Of a stretch of 64,000 nucleotides of DNA, positions 18,643 to 28,435 are shown piece by piece. The number at the start of each line of letters is the position of its first letter. Position 1 is the first letter of the stretch. Below the pieces are notes generated by a model, which saw only the letters and a program-made list of their open reading frames with translations, was not told where the DNA came from and did no database searches. Source of the DNA: Candidatus Latescibacterota bacterium (GTDB taxonomy: Bacteria > Latescibacterota > UBA2968 > UBA8231); the NCBI GenBank assembly GCA_965204725.1, contig OZ242005.1, positions 512,001 through 576,000 on the forward strand, read 5' to 3'. A program made the translations under genes and the position numbers.

Positions 18643-19446
18643 ATGTCAAAGAAAAAAGCGGCCAAGCCGGCCAAGATGAAGCGGAAAGACTACGAGCGCG
18701 AATTGGCCAAGTTGCACTACGATCTGGTCAAGTTGCAGCACTGGATCAAGGATCAGGGCTTGCGGGTTGTAATCGTCTTTGAGGGGCGCGACACGGCCGG
18801 CAAGGGCGGGATCATCAAGCGCATCGCCGAGCCGCTCAATCCGCGCGGCGCGCGCGTGGTGGCCTTGGGGACGCCATCGGACCGCGAGCGCACCCAGTGG
18901 TACTTCCAGCGCTACGTGGCCCACCTGCCGGCCGCGGGCGAAATCGTGGTCTTCGACCGCAGTTGGTACAACCGCAGCGGCGTTGAGCGGGTCTTTGGCT
19001 TTTGCTCCGATGAGGAGTATTGGGAGTTTCTCCACTCGTGCCCGGAGTTTGAGCGCATGCTGGTGCGCTCGGGGATCGTCCTGATGAAGTACTGGCTCTC
19101 GGTGAGCGAGGAGGAGCAAGAAAGCCGCTTTCAGGAGCGCGCCCGGAATCCGCTCAAGCGCTGGAAGCTCAGCGATATAGATCTAGAGTCGCGGAACAGG
19201 TGGGTCGAGTACTCCAAGGCCAAAGACGAGGCGTTTTTCTATACGGACATTCCCGAAGCGCCTTGGTACACGGTTGAAGCCGACGACAAGCGGCGGGCGC
19301 GTCTCAACTGCATCGCGCACCTCCTCAGCCAACTGCCCCACGAGGACGTGATGCCGCAAAAGATGGACCTGCCGCCGCGCCCGCCGCACGGCGAGTACCA
19401 GCGCCCGCCCCACAGCAAGTTGCACTTTGTCGATGAGAAGTACTAA
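18643..19446 (+). CDS. ppk2: Polyphosphate kinase 2
   Basis: FEGRDTAGKGG, WYFQRY, FDRSWYNR, KRWKLS, DDKRRARLN. Confidence 0.95.
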   Translation: MSKKKAAKPAKMKRKDYERELAKLHYDLVKLQHWIKDQGLRVVIVFEGRDTAGKGGIIKRIAEPLNPRGARVVALGTPSDRERTQWYFQRYVAHLPAAGEIVVFDRSWYNRSGVERVFGFCSDEEYWEFLHSCPEFERMLVRSGIVLMKYWLSVSEEEQESRFQERARNPLKRWKLSDIDLESRNRWVEYSKAKDEAFFYTDIPEAPWYTVEADDKRRARLNCIAHLLSQLPHEDVMPQKMDLPPRPPHGEYQRPPHSKLHFVDEKY

Positions 19447-20974
19447 GAGCGGTATTCCCCTCTTTATAGTCGTAGTCGCGGCGACATTTTTCTTGGGGGT
19501 CTGGACCTTCGACCCCAAACTTTCCCTGAGCGGCGACAACGCCGAATTCATCACGCTGGCTCGCAGTCTGGCCCAAGGCGAGGGGCTTTTGCACCTCAAC
19601 TCGCCCGACCCGCAGCCGGCGACCAAGTACCCCTTTGGCTTTCCCCTGTTGCTGGCCCCGTTGGCGTGGGCTTTCCCCGGCGATTGGGTGCCGATGAAGG
19701 CTTGGGTGTTGGTGCTCTTCGCGCTGGGGATGGGGGTGCTCTACCAAGTGGCCAAGGAGCGGGTGGGCGTCTTGCCCGGCTTGGCGGTGGTGGCACTGAG
19801 CCTGATGGCCGGCAAGAGCTATTTAACCCACGGCCCGACCGGCGCGTCCTACGGCCCGCTGCTGTTGCACTACGCGCACCAAGTCATGTCCGAAGTCCCC
19901 TATCTGACCTTTTCGCTCTTGGCGCTGTGGCTCGTAGAACGGGGCGTCGGGTGCGCGGGCCGCAAGGGAAACTGGTGGCTCATTGGCGGTTTCGCCTGTA
20001 CCCTCGGGGCGTACTACATCCGCACGGCTGGGATCGCGCTGGTGGCGGCTGTGGTGGTCTATCTGTTGCTCCGGCGCGATGTCCGGCGGGCTTTGTTCTT
20101 TGGCGGCGCGGCGGTGGTCTGCTATTTGCCGTGGGCTTGGCGCAACCAAGCGGTGGGCCGCGGCGGCGTCTATATCGAGCAGTTGGTCATGGTCAATCCC
20201 TACCACCCAGAGCGGGGCCTGCTCGACGTGGGCGGCTTTGTCGAGCGCGTTATCGACAATACGCAGCGCTATCTGACCGGGGAATTGCCCAATACCCTAG
20301 TGCCCTTTTTTACCGGCGCTGAGACGGTTTTTCACCCCGCGCCTTTGTTGCTAATCGCGCTCGCCGTTGCCGCGACCGTGCTTTGCATCCAGCGCGGCGA
20401 ACACCTGCTGCTCCTGCTCTACGCGGCCTTCTTTTTAGGCATGGTGTTGCTCTGGCCTTGGCCGGGTGACCGCTTTCTGGTGCCTATTGTGCCGGTGCTC
20501 GTCTTGTTGGGGGTCTGGGCTGTTTTGCAAATCCGCGCTAGACTGGCCGGGGGCCACGGGGGCCGGTTTGTGGTATGGGGCTTGTTTGTGGGCTGCGTCA
20601 TCGGCTGGGTCGGCGGCGTCAAACGCCTAGCCGACTACGCCGCGGCCGACTATCCCCCGCCGTGGCGTCGCTACTATCAGGCCGGTCAGTGGCTCAAAGC
20701 CAACGCGCAGGAAGACGACATCGTGCTGTGCCGCAAGGGGTACTGGATGTACATCGTCTCGGGTCGGCGCTGCGTCGGCTTCCCCTTTGCCGAGCCGGCC
20801 AAGGTGCTGGCCCATATCGAGCGCGAAAAGGTGGAGTTCGTCGTGCTGGAAAGCCTCGGTTTTCCCCAGACTGGGCGGTATTTGCTCCCGGCCATTGAGG
20901 AGTACGAGAGCCGCTTTGCGGTGGTGTGGCACGACCCGGTGGTGCCGACCTATGTGCTGCGTTTTCTCCGCTAA
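19433..20974 (+). CDS. GT-C fold membrane glycosyltransferase (ArnT/PMT-like)
   Basis: GDNAEFITLARSL, YPFGFPLLL, MSE, RFLVPIVP; many TM helices. Confidence 0.7.
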   Translation: MRSTKSGIPLFIVVVAATFFLGVWTFDPKLSLSGDNAEFITLARSLAQGEGLLHLNSPDPQPATKYPFGFPLLLAPLAWAFPGDWVPMKAWVLVLFALGMGVLYQVAKERVGVLPGLAVVALSLMAGKSYLTHGPTGASYGPLLLHYAHQVMSEVPYLTFSLLALWLVERGVGCAGRKGNWWLIGGFACTLGAYYIRTAGIALVAAVVVYLLLRRDVRRALFFGGAAVVCYLPWAWRNQAVGRGGVYIEQLVMVNPYHPERGLLDVGGFVERVIDNTQRYLTGELPNTLVPFFTGAETVFHPAPLLLIALAVAATVLCIQRGEHLLLLLYAAFFLGMVLLWPWPGDRFLVPIVPVLVLLGVWAVLQIRARLAGGHGGRFVVWGLFVGCVIGWVGGVKRLADYAAADYPPPWRRYYQAGQWLKANAQEDDIVLCRKGYWMYIVSGRRCVGFPFAEPAKVLAHIEREKVEFVVLESLGFPQTGRYLLPAIEEYESRFAVVWHDPVVPTYVLRFLR

Positions 20975-21957
20975 GATGGCAGCGGCGCGTCGGCGCGGAC
21001 TAAGCCCTCGGCGCGGAGTTCGGCCCAAAACGAGGCGGGAATCTCCTGAGTGAGCAAGTCGAAGTTCTCTTGCACTCGCTCGGGCTGCCGCGTCCCGGGG
21101 ATGATGCAGGTGATGGCCGGATGGGCAAAGACGAATTGCGAGGCTGCGGCCCGCAGATCGACTTGGTGGCGCGCGGCCACGGCCTCTAGGGACTTGGCCC
21201 TAGCGGCGATTTCGGGTGGGGCTTCTCGGTAGTTGTACGTCGCGCCCGGGCGCGCGCCTTTGGCCAAGATGCCGCTGTTGTACGTGCCGCCGGCCATGAT
21301 GCCGATGTTCTTTTTTACGCACAGCGGCAAGAGCTCGTCGAGTGCGCTCTGGTCGAGCAAGCTGTAGCGTCCGGCGAGGAGGAAGCAGTCGAAATCGCCC
21401 TCGCGCGCAAAGCGGGCCAGCATTTCCCATTGGTTCATGCCCGCACTGACGGCGCGGATGACGCCGGCACTGCGCAGCTCGTCGAGCGCGGGATAAGCGC
21501 TGTCGATGGCCTCCTGCCAGTGGTTGTCTGGGTCGTGAATGTGGAGGATGTCGATGCGATCTACGCCGAGGCGTTTGCGGCTGTCTGCAAAGGAGCGCAT
21601 GACGCCGTCGTAGCTGAAGTCGAACACGGGTTGGTACGGAGCCGGGTCGTCGAACGCGCCCACCTGCTGGTCGCGTTGGGTGGGGACTAAGACGCGCCCC
21701 ACCTTGGACGCGAGCACATAGTGGGTGCGCGATACGCCCGCGAGGGCCTGCCCGAGGCGGAGTTCGCTTTTGCCCGCCCCGTACAGGGGTGCGGTGTCTA
21801 AGAGGTTGAGACCCAAGGACAGGGCGCGGCGCACGACCGAGATGGCTTGGTCGTCCGGGATGTCGCCGTATAGGCCGCCGATGGAGGCGCAGCCCAAGCC
21901 GAGGCGGGTGACGGACAGGCCGCTGCTGCCGAGAGGGACTTTTTCGAGTGGATTCAT
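20971..21957 (-). CDS. Aldo/keto reductase (D-threo-aldose dehydrogenase-like)
   Basis: LGLGCA, DTAPLYG, SKVGR, FDFSYDG, IHDPD, LAGRYSLL. Confidence 0.9.
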   Translation of the reverse strand: MNPLEKVPLGSSGLSVTRLGLGCASIGGLYGDIPDDQAISVVRRALSLGLNLLDTAPLYGAGKSELRLGQALAGVSRTHYVLASKVGRVLVPTQRDQQVGAFDDPAPYQPVFDFSYDGVMRSFADSRKRLGVDRIDILHIHDPDNHWQEAIDSAYPALDELRSAGVIRAVSAGMNQWEMLARFAREGDFDCFLLAGRYSLLDQSALDELLPLCVKKNIGIMAGGTYNSGILAKGARPGATYNYREAPPEIAARAKSLEAVAARHQVDLRAAASQFVFAHPAITCIIPGTRQPERVQENFDLLTQEIPASFWAELRAEGLVRADAPLPS

Positions 21958-22042
21958 GCTAGCTCCTTGTTAGTTCGTTAGATGACTGGTAAAAAGCTAT
22001 GCCAAACGACCCGGCGCAAAAAGCCCACCCCTTGAGACCTGC

Positions 22043-22071
22043 TTGACGCTCACAGGGGCATGGCGTACATT
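22043..22071 (+). promoter_or_regulatory. Sigma70-type promoter
   Basis: TTGACG-N17-TACATT about 45 bp before the ATG at 22117. Confidence 0.55.
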
Positions 22072-22116
22072 AAACGGCCTTTGTAAACGGTTCGGAACTC
22101 GTTGAATATAAAAGAG

Positions 22117-23547
22117 ATGTGTCAATTTAAGCCCAAGCTGCTGGTGCTGCTAATGTGGGCCGGATGCGCCCCGGCCGAAAAGCCGCCGCAGGAAGAGATC
22201 GGTCGCGACCGACCGACCGTGGCCGGGTGGCAGTGGACCGATGGCGAGCTGCCTTGGGAGGCTTGGGACGAGTCTTTGTTCGCACGCGCTCAACGCGCCG
22301 ACAAGCCCATATTGGTCTATTTGGCCGCCCCGGGATACGAGGGCCTATTTCCCGCGCCAACGTCGGCGTTGCGCCAACTCGTGGCCGAGAAATTTGTCGG
22401 CGTCCGGGTCGATCCGTTCAAGCAACCGGATATTGCTCAGCGCTATGAAAGCGGCGGTTGGCCGGCCCTCGTGGCGGCCCTGCCAGACGGGCGGGTTTTT
22501 GCGCGGGCCGTGGATATTCCGCCCGCCAACGTCGAGCCTTACCTGCGCCGGTTGCGCTCGGCCTACGAGGAAAAGCGCGCAGTGCTCGTCGCCAAGGTGG
22601 AGCGCGCCGCGGCCCGGCCCAAAGGGGAGACCCCCTTTGCCATAGATGCCGTGTACCGCGCGTGTGCGGCCGCCTTTGACTCGGCCTACGGAGGCTTCGG
22701 CGGCCCGACCAAGTTCCTAGAGACCTCGGTATTGCGCTTCCTGCTCGTCTATGCCGAAGTGCGGGGGGCCGATCCGGCGCGGCAGATGGCCTTGGCTAGC
22801 TTGGACGCGGTGCTCGCCTCGCCGCTCGGGGACAGCGGTGGTTTTCGCGCATACTCGTACGCGCCCGATTGGAGCGCACCTGCCAGCGAGCGGGACGCCC
22901 TTGATCAGGCGGCCATGCTGCATCTGTTGCTGGAGGCCGACCAGCCCCGCTATGTCGAGGCGGCCCGTGCCCTACTCGGCTTTGTCGAGGGGGTGCTCTT
23001 TGACCAAGCCGAGGGCGCGTTCCGCGGTCGCCAAGTCATGGCCGACACTTGGTGGACCGATCCGACGCTCTACGCCGACCGCCAAGCGGCCCTGATACGA
23101 GCGTACCTCGCTGCGGCCGCCGCCCTAGGAGACGACCGCGCCGCTCAGGTGGCCCTGCAAGCCGGCGACGCGCTCATCAACCGCTGCATTGACCGCCGCG
23201 GTCGGGTGCAACACGTGTGCGACTCAGACGGCGAGGGCAGCGTCGGCCTGCTCGTCGATCAAGCGTGGGCGGCCTTGGCCTTGTGGGAATTGGGCCAATG
23301 GAGTGGTGAGGATCGCTTTGCCGCGGCGGCCGAGCAGGTCGTGCGTTTTATGGAGCAGCGCGATCGCCCGGCTGCCCTCGGCTGGTTGCTGCATCACGGC
23401 GAGGGGCTCGCCCTCCAGCTCTATGGGCGACAGGGCCGTGCCGAGCAGGTGGTCGCCTTGGCCCGCGAGCCGCGCTTGGCGTCGGCATCCAGCCGAGCGC
23501 ATAGCTCGTGGGCGCGGGCTTTGCTGCTGTACGGCCCGCCGCTATGA
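22117..23547 (+). CDS. SSP411/YyaL (DUF255)-like thioredoxin plus alpha/alpha-toroid protein, degenerate, lipoprotein
   Basis: W...FARAQRADKPI, VRVD..QPDI..RY..GGWP, FD..YGGFGG.TKF; lipobox WAGC; no CxxC. Confidence 0.65.
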   Translation: MCQFKPKLLVLLMWAGCAPAEKPPQEEIGRDRPTVAGWQWTDGELPWEAWDESLFARAQRADKPILVYLAAPGYEGLFPAPTSALRQLVAEKFVGVRVDPFKQPDIAQRYESGGWPALVAALPDGRVFARAVDIPPANVEPYLRRLRSAYEEKRAVLVAKVERAAARPKGETPFAIDAVYRACAAAFDSAYGGFGGPTKFLETSVLRFLLVYAEVRGADPARQMALASLDAVLASPLGDSGGFRAYSYAPDWSAPASERDALDQAAMLHLLLEADQPRYVEAARALLGFVEGVLFDQAEGAFRGRQVMADTWWTDPTLYADRQAALIRAYLAAAAALGDDRAAQVALQAGDALINRCIDRRGRVQHVCDSDGEGSVGLLVDQAWAALALWELGQWSGEDRFAAAAEQVVRFMEQRDRPAALGWLLHHGEGLALQLYGRQGRAEQVVALAREPRLASASSRAHSSWARALLLYGPPL

Positions 23548-24443
23548 GAATTTTGGTTGCTGGTGCCACGGGCCTTTTAGGCCGCACGTTGCTCTCCTTA
23601 GAAGGGGAAGCCGAGTGGCTGGGCTGCGGTCGTCGGTCCGCTGTCGAGGGCGTTTCCCATCGCCGAGTCGATCTAGCGGACCGCAAGGCCGCGACCGCCC
23701 TCATCGCCGAACTCGCGCCCGATTGGGTGATCAATGCCGCGGCCATGACCGATGTCGATGGCTGCGAAAAAGACGCACGGGCCGCGCGGCGAGCCAACGT
23801 CGATATTCCCGAGAACTTAGCCGGGGCTTGCAATGCGACCGGGGCCGGCTTGGTCCACATTTCCACAGATTACGTCTTCGACGGCCAGCGCGGCCCCTAC
23901 GGCGAAGGGGACGAGACCAATCCGCTGTCTTGCTACGGTCAACTCAAGCTCGAAAGCGAGGGCATATTAAATAGAATGGAGCGCGTGCTAGTCGTGCGAA
24001 CCCTGTGGCTGTACGGCTATGTCCCGCAGGCCGGGTCCAACTTCCTCACTTGGGTGCTGCAGGGCCTGTCTAGCGGCCAGCCCCGGCGGGTCTTTGCCGA
24101 TCAGTGGGGCAACCCGACCTACGTCCGCGATTTGGCCCGCGCCTTGGTGGCCCTGTGCGGCCAAGAGGCGCGGGGCTTGTTTCACCTCGGTGGCGCGACC
24201 TTTATGACGCGCTGGGAGCAGGCTCGGGCGCTGGCCTGTTTCTTTGGCTTGGACGGCGCGTTGATCGAACCCGTGCCGACCCGCGCGGCCGGGCTGCCCG
24301 CCCCGCGCCCTTTGCGCTCTGGGCTACGCACCGACGCGCTCGAAGCCGCGCTCGGCCGCCGGCCCCTGAGCTTTGCCGAGGGGCTGCAAGACCTCGCCGC
24401 GGACCCGCATTTTCGCCGCGCCTTTCCCCAACTTGCCCGCTAG
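23544..24443 (+). CDS. rfbD: dTDP-4-dehydrorhamnose reductase family
   Basis: GATGLLG, INAAAMTDVDGCE, HISTDYVFDG, YxxxK (YGQLK), DQWGNPT. Confidence 0.85.
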   Translation: MRILVAGATGLLGRTLLSLEGEAEWLGCGRRSAVEGVSHRRVDLADRKAATALIAELAPDWVINAAAMTDVDGCEKDARAARRANVDIPENLAGACNATGAGLVHISTDYVFDGQRGPYGEGDETNPLSCYGQLKLESEGILNRMERVLVVRTLWLYGYVPQAGSNFLTWVLQGLSSGQPRRVFADQWGNPTYVRDLARALVALCGQEARGLFHLGGATFMTRWEQARALACFFGLDGALIEPVPTRAAGLPAPRPLRSGLRTDALEAALGRRPLSFAEGLQDLAADPHFRRAFPQLAR

Positions 24444-24452
24444 CGTGCTCCT

Positions 24453-25178
24453 GTGGACCCCGTACAGATTTCCCTGATAACGCCCACGTACAACGAGCGG
24501 GAAAATTTGCCGCTGTTGGCCGCCGAGATATTTGCGATCATCGGCCAACAGCCGGATATCGATCTGGAGCTCATCGTGGTAGATGACAACTCGCCCGACG
24601 GCACCGGCCAAGTGGCCGAGGATCTCAAGGCCCGCTACCCCGTTGAGGTGGTCCATCGGGCGGGAAAGCTCGGCTTGGGGTCGGCGGTGATGGCGGGTTT
24701 CGCACGGTCGGCGCGGCCGCATCTCGGGGTGATGGACGCCGACTTGAGCCACGACCCGGCGATCTTGCCCGAGCTGGTCACCAGCCTGCGCGAGTGCGAC
24801 ATTGCCATGGGCAGCCGCTTTGGAGCGACCAGCCGCGTCGAACAGTGGGCTTGGCACCGCAAGCTGCTCTCCCAAGTCGGCGTGGGCGCGGCCCGCCTGC
24901 TGACCGGGGTCGAGGACCCGCTGTCGGGTTATTTTTGCTTGCGCCGCCCAGTGATACAGGACTTAGTGCTCACGTCCGCGGGCTACAAAATTCTACTCGA
25001 AATTTTGGTCAAGGGCCGCTATCGGCAGCATCGCTCCGTGCCCTTTGTCTTTCGCAACCGCCAGTTCAGCTCCAGCAAGCTGGACCTGCGCGAGTACCTG
25101 CTTTTTGCCAAACAAATCCTCTACTTCAGCGGCTACAAGCTCATGGGCCGCCAGCGAAGTGCTCGATCGTGCGACTGA
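24453..25178 (+). CDS. Polyprenol monophosphomannose synthase-like GT2
   Basis: PTYNERENL, VDDNSPDGT, MDADLSH, GSRF, GYKILLE. Confidence 0.88.
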   Translation: MDPVQISLITPTYNERENLPLLAAEIFAIIGQQPDIDLELIVVDDNSPDGTGQVAEDLKARYPVEVVHRAGKLGLGSAVMAGFARSARPHLGVMDADLSHDPAILPELVTSLRECDIAMGSRFGATSRVEQWAWHRKLLSQVGVGAARLLTGVEDPLSGYFCLRRPVIQDLVLTSAGYKILLEILVKGRYRQHRSVPFVFRNRQFSSSKLDLREYLLFAKQILYFSGYKLMGRQRSARSCD

Positions 25179-26851
25179 GCGTCGTCTTCCTCAGCTACAA
25201 TACCCGCGACCTGACTCGACAGGCCCTGAATTCTGTCCTCGCGGCCGCCGAGGGCCTAGAGACGGAGATATTCGTCGTTGACAATGCCTCGGCCGATGGC
25301 AGTGCCGACATGATCGCCGCGGAATTTCCGCAAGTGAAGCTGGTTTGCAACGAGGCCAATGTGGGGTTCTCGGCCGGCAACAACGTGGCCCTGCGGCAGG
25401 TGACCGGCGAATACGCGCTGCTGATCAATACCGATACCATCGTGCGCCGAGACGCGCTACACGCGATGGTAGAGTTCTTGGACGCGCACCCGGAAGCCGG
25501 GGCCTGCGGGTGCAAAATCCTCGACCCGGACGGAACCTTACAGCTCGACAGCCGCCGCGGCTTTCCCACCCCCTTGGCGGCCTTCTGCAAGATGTCGGGC
25601 CTGAGCCGCCTCTTTCCCAAGCACCCGCTCATGGCCCGCTACCACCTGACGCATCTCGACCCCGAGCAAACGGCCGAAATCGAGGTGCTGTCTGGGTCCT
25701 GCATGATGGTGCGCAAGGCGGCCATGGACCAAGTCGGCCTGCTCGACGAGGATTACTTCATGTACGGCGAGGACATCGACTGGTGCTATCGCTTCCACCA
25801 AGCCGGCTGGAAGATCTACTACCTGCCGACGACCGCGATCATCCACTTCCGCGGCGAGAGTGGCCGGGGAACGCCGCTGAAAATTCTCTATCGCAAGAGC
25901 CGCGCCATGTCAATTTTTGTCAACAAGCACATGGCGCGGCGCTACCGCTTCTTCCCGCTGTGGCTCTTGCAGGTGGGCATTGCCCTGCACGGGACGTTCC
26001 GCTTTCTCACGCGGGCGGCCCGCGCCTTGGCCCTGCCCCTGCTCGACGCCGGTTTGGTGCTCTGCGGCCTCAAGCTCGGTTTAACGGTGCGCTACCACCC
26101 AGAGCTGGTGCCCTTCATCTACCGCATTGAGCAGGTCGGCACCCTTTTCGGACTCGACGTCCAGCCGACGCGCTGGCTAGTTCCGCCTCCGTACTCGGAT
26201 TTGCAATGGGCGGCGGTGTACGGTGCTTCGACCTTGGTCTGGCTGTTGGCGTTTTACGCCTCGGGCCTGTACGATCGCCGCCGCTACTCAGTGGCGTGGT
26301 CGGTGGTGGGCGCGACGCTGGGGTTTGCCGCCATCGTGATGTTGGTCTTTTTCTTTAAGGGATACAACTTCTCGCGGCTGGCCGTGGTCTCGGCTTGGTT
26401 TTGCAACGTGCTGTTAGTCGCCGGTTGGCGCTTGGTTGCGCGGTGGTTTTTGCACCAGCGCGGCCGCGAGGGCCGGTTGCGCACCCTGCTGGTGGGAACC
26501 GATGCGGCGGCCGTGGATTTCGTCGAGCAATTAGAGCGGGCGGGTATGGCCCACTGCAATCTGATCGGCGTGGTGGGCGAGGTTCCCCAGCAGCGCGGTC
26601 GGCCACTGGCCGGTAGGCCGCTGGTCGGCCACGTCGGCGAGCTGGAGGAGCTGGTGAACGACTTTGCCATTGATCACCTCGTGTTCACGCCGAGTGCCAT
26701 GTCGTCGTTCTTGGAGCGGCCAGTACAGGCGTGGGAGGCGCGGGGCTTGCGCGTTAGCATGGTGCCGATTGCGTTTGCCGAGGTGGTTGCCGATCGCGGC
26801 GTCCGCGACTGCGCGCCGTTGCCCCTCGTGGAAGTTAGAACGGGCCGTTAA
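25169..26851 (+). CDS. GT2 glycosyltransferase fused to TM helices and a CoA-binding-like domain
   Basis: VDNASADGS, NVGFSAGNN, FMYGEDIDWC; C-terminal FSR and RTLLVG segment; GTG at 25169. Confidence 0.85.
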   Translation: MRLSVVFLSYNTRDLTRQALNSVLAAAEGLETEIFVVDNASADGSADMIAAEFPQVKLVCNEANVGFSAGNNVALRQVTGEYALLINTDTIVRRDALHAMVEFLDAHPEAGACGCKILDPDGTLQLDSRRGFPTPLAAFCKMSGLSRLFPKHPLMARYHLTHLDPEQTAEIEVLSGSCMMVRKAAMDQVGLLDEDYFMYGEDIDWCYRFHQAGWKIYYLPTTAIIHFRGESGRGTPLKILYRKSRAMSIFVNKHMARRYRFFPLWLLQVGIALHGTFRFLTRAARALALPLLDAGLVLCGLKLGLTVRYHPELVPFIYRIEQVGTLFGLDVQPTRWLVPPPYSDLQWAAVYGASTLVWLLAFYASGLYDRRRYSVAWSVVGATLGFAAIVMLVFFFKGYNFSRLAVVSAWFCNVLLVAGWRLVARWFLHQRGREGRLRTLLVGTDAAAVDFVEQLERAGMAHCNLIGVVGEVPQQRGRPLAGRPLVGHVGELEELVNDFAIDHLVFTPSAMSSFLERPVQAWEARGLRVSMVPIAFAEVVADRGVRDCAPLPLVEVRTGR

Positions 26852-26935
26852 GTGGGGCCGTGTTGATTTTTTGCCTTTATTTCCGTTACATACTTGGGGA
26901 CGCGAGCACATACTGCATATACTGGGAGAATAACC

Positions 26936-27637
26936 ATGTCTGAGAGGCGTTTGGCAGGCGGTCGGGAGATTGTGCTGCCGATGAGCAAAGCAGTAGAAAT
27001 TAGTTTTCGCAGCCTGAAAATTCGCTTTGGCCGCTCCCTGATCACCACCAGCGGCGTGGTGTTGGCGATTGCTTTTTTAATGTCCGTGTGGAGCAACAAC
27101 GAAATCGTCAGCAGCCTGCGCAGCGCAGACAAAAGCGAGATCAACTTACTCTTGCAAAAAAACGGCATTGAGACGGGCATCACCGAGGCCGGCGATGCTT
27201 CTGAGGAGGCTATGGGCCGCCTAGAGGAAGAGCGGTCTAAGCAGACTTGGCTGATCAGTCTGTCGCTCTTGGTCTGCGTCGTCGGCATTGCCAACGCCAT
27301 GTTGATGTCGGTGACCGAGCGGTTCCGCGAGATCGGCACCATGAAGTGCCTCGGGGCCTTAGACACCTTTATCGTCAAGCTCTTCCTCCTCGAATCGACC
27401 TTTCAGGGGCTGGCGGGGACTTCGGCCGGGGTCGTCATTGGCTTCGCGCTGACGCTCGGCTTGGCGCTGCTCGATTACGGCGGCTACACACTCGCCTATT
27501 TCCCGCTCGGCGGCATCGTCGAATCGGCCGGTTACGCCTTGGTGGTAGGGACCCTGCTTTCGTTGATCGGTGCCATGTTGCCGGCGTACCGCGCGGCCAA
27601 GATGGAGCCGGTCGAAGCCATGCGCTCCGACACTTGA
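26936..27637 (+). CDS. ABC transporter permease (FtsX/MacB-type, short)
   Basis: GIANAMLMSVTERFREIGTMKCLGA, PAYRAAKMEPVEAMR. Confidence 0.88.
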   Translation: MSERRLAGGREIVLPMSKAVEISFRSLKIRFGRSLITTSGVVLAIAFLMSVWSNNEIVSSLRSADKSEINLLLQKNGIETGITEAGDASEEAMGRLEEERSKQTWLISLSLLVCVVGIANAMLMSVTERFREIGTMKCLGALDTFIVKLFLLESTFQGLAGTSAGVVIGFALTLGLALLDYGGYTLAYFPLGGIVESAGYALVVGTLLSLIGAMLPAYRAAKMEPVEAMRSDT

Positions 27638-27658
27638 TTCCTCCAGAGGAGATTTGCA

Positions 27659-28435
27659 ATGACCGCAACCGCCCCGGGCGAGGTCGCCATTCAAGAACAA
27701 GAAGCGGAAAAACGCACCGTAGTACGGACCCAGCAGGTAAAGAAAATTTACTTGATGGGCGAGATTGAGGTTCACGCTCTGCGCGGAGTAGATATGGAGA
27801 TCTACACCGGCGAGTACCTGTCGATCATGGGGCCTTCGGGCTCGGGCAAGAGCACCTTCTTCAACATGGTCGGCGGCCTCGACAAACCCTCGGAGGGCAA
27901 GGTGTACATCGACGAGGTGGACGTCGCCCAGCTCGACGCTTACGAGCTGGCTTGGCTGCGCTGCCGCAAGATCGGCTACATCTTCCAGTCGTTCAACTTA
28001 ATCCCGGTGATGACCGCGCTCGAAAACGTCACCTTGCCGATGGTCTTTGCCGGCCTGACCAGCGACGAAGCCCGCGACAAGGGCATGGAGCTTTTGGTCA
28101 AGGTGGGTCTTGGCGAGCGGTACTCGCACAAGCCCTACGAGTTGTCGGGCGGCCAGCAGCAGCGCGTGGCCGTCGCCCGCGCCTTGGCCAACGACCCGGC
28201 CGTCGTCCTCGCTGACGAGCCGACGGCCAACCTCGACTTGCGCACCGGCACGGAGATTATCGAGCTGTTGCGCGAGATGAACCAAGACTCCGGCGTGACG
28301 GTCATCTCCGCGACCCACGACCACAAGATGCTCAGCGTCTCCGACCGCGTGGTGTGGGTCAAGGATGGCCAAGTTGATCACGTGCGCAAACGCGAAGACC
28401 TCGACATCGAAGTAACCCACGTAGAAGGCGAGTAG
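27659..28435 (+). CDS. ABC transporter ATP-binding protein (LolD/MacB-like)
   Basis: [28 protein letters not shown]. Confidence 0.93.
   Translation: MTATAPGEVAIQEQEAEKRTVVRTQQVKKIYLMGEIEVHALRGVDMEIYTGEYLSIMGPSGSGKSTFFNMVGGLDKPSEGKVYIDEVDVAQLDAYELAWLRCRKIGYIFQSFNLIPVMTALENVTLPMVFAGLTSDEARDKGMELLVKVGLGERYSHKPYELSGGQQQRVAVARALANDPAVVLADEPTANLDLRTGTEIIELLREMNQDSGVTVISATHDHKMLSVSDRVVWVKDGQVDHVRKREDLDIEVTHVEGE

Noticed and set aside
18624-18644. TGGAGAT-like 7-mer x3 before ppk2
   Set aside because: Short, overlaps the RBS, and no evidence of function
21989-22004. Minus-strand TGGCATAGCTTTTTAC as a sigma54 promoter
   Set aside because: No GC at -12
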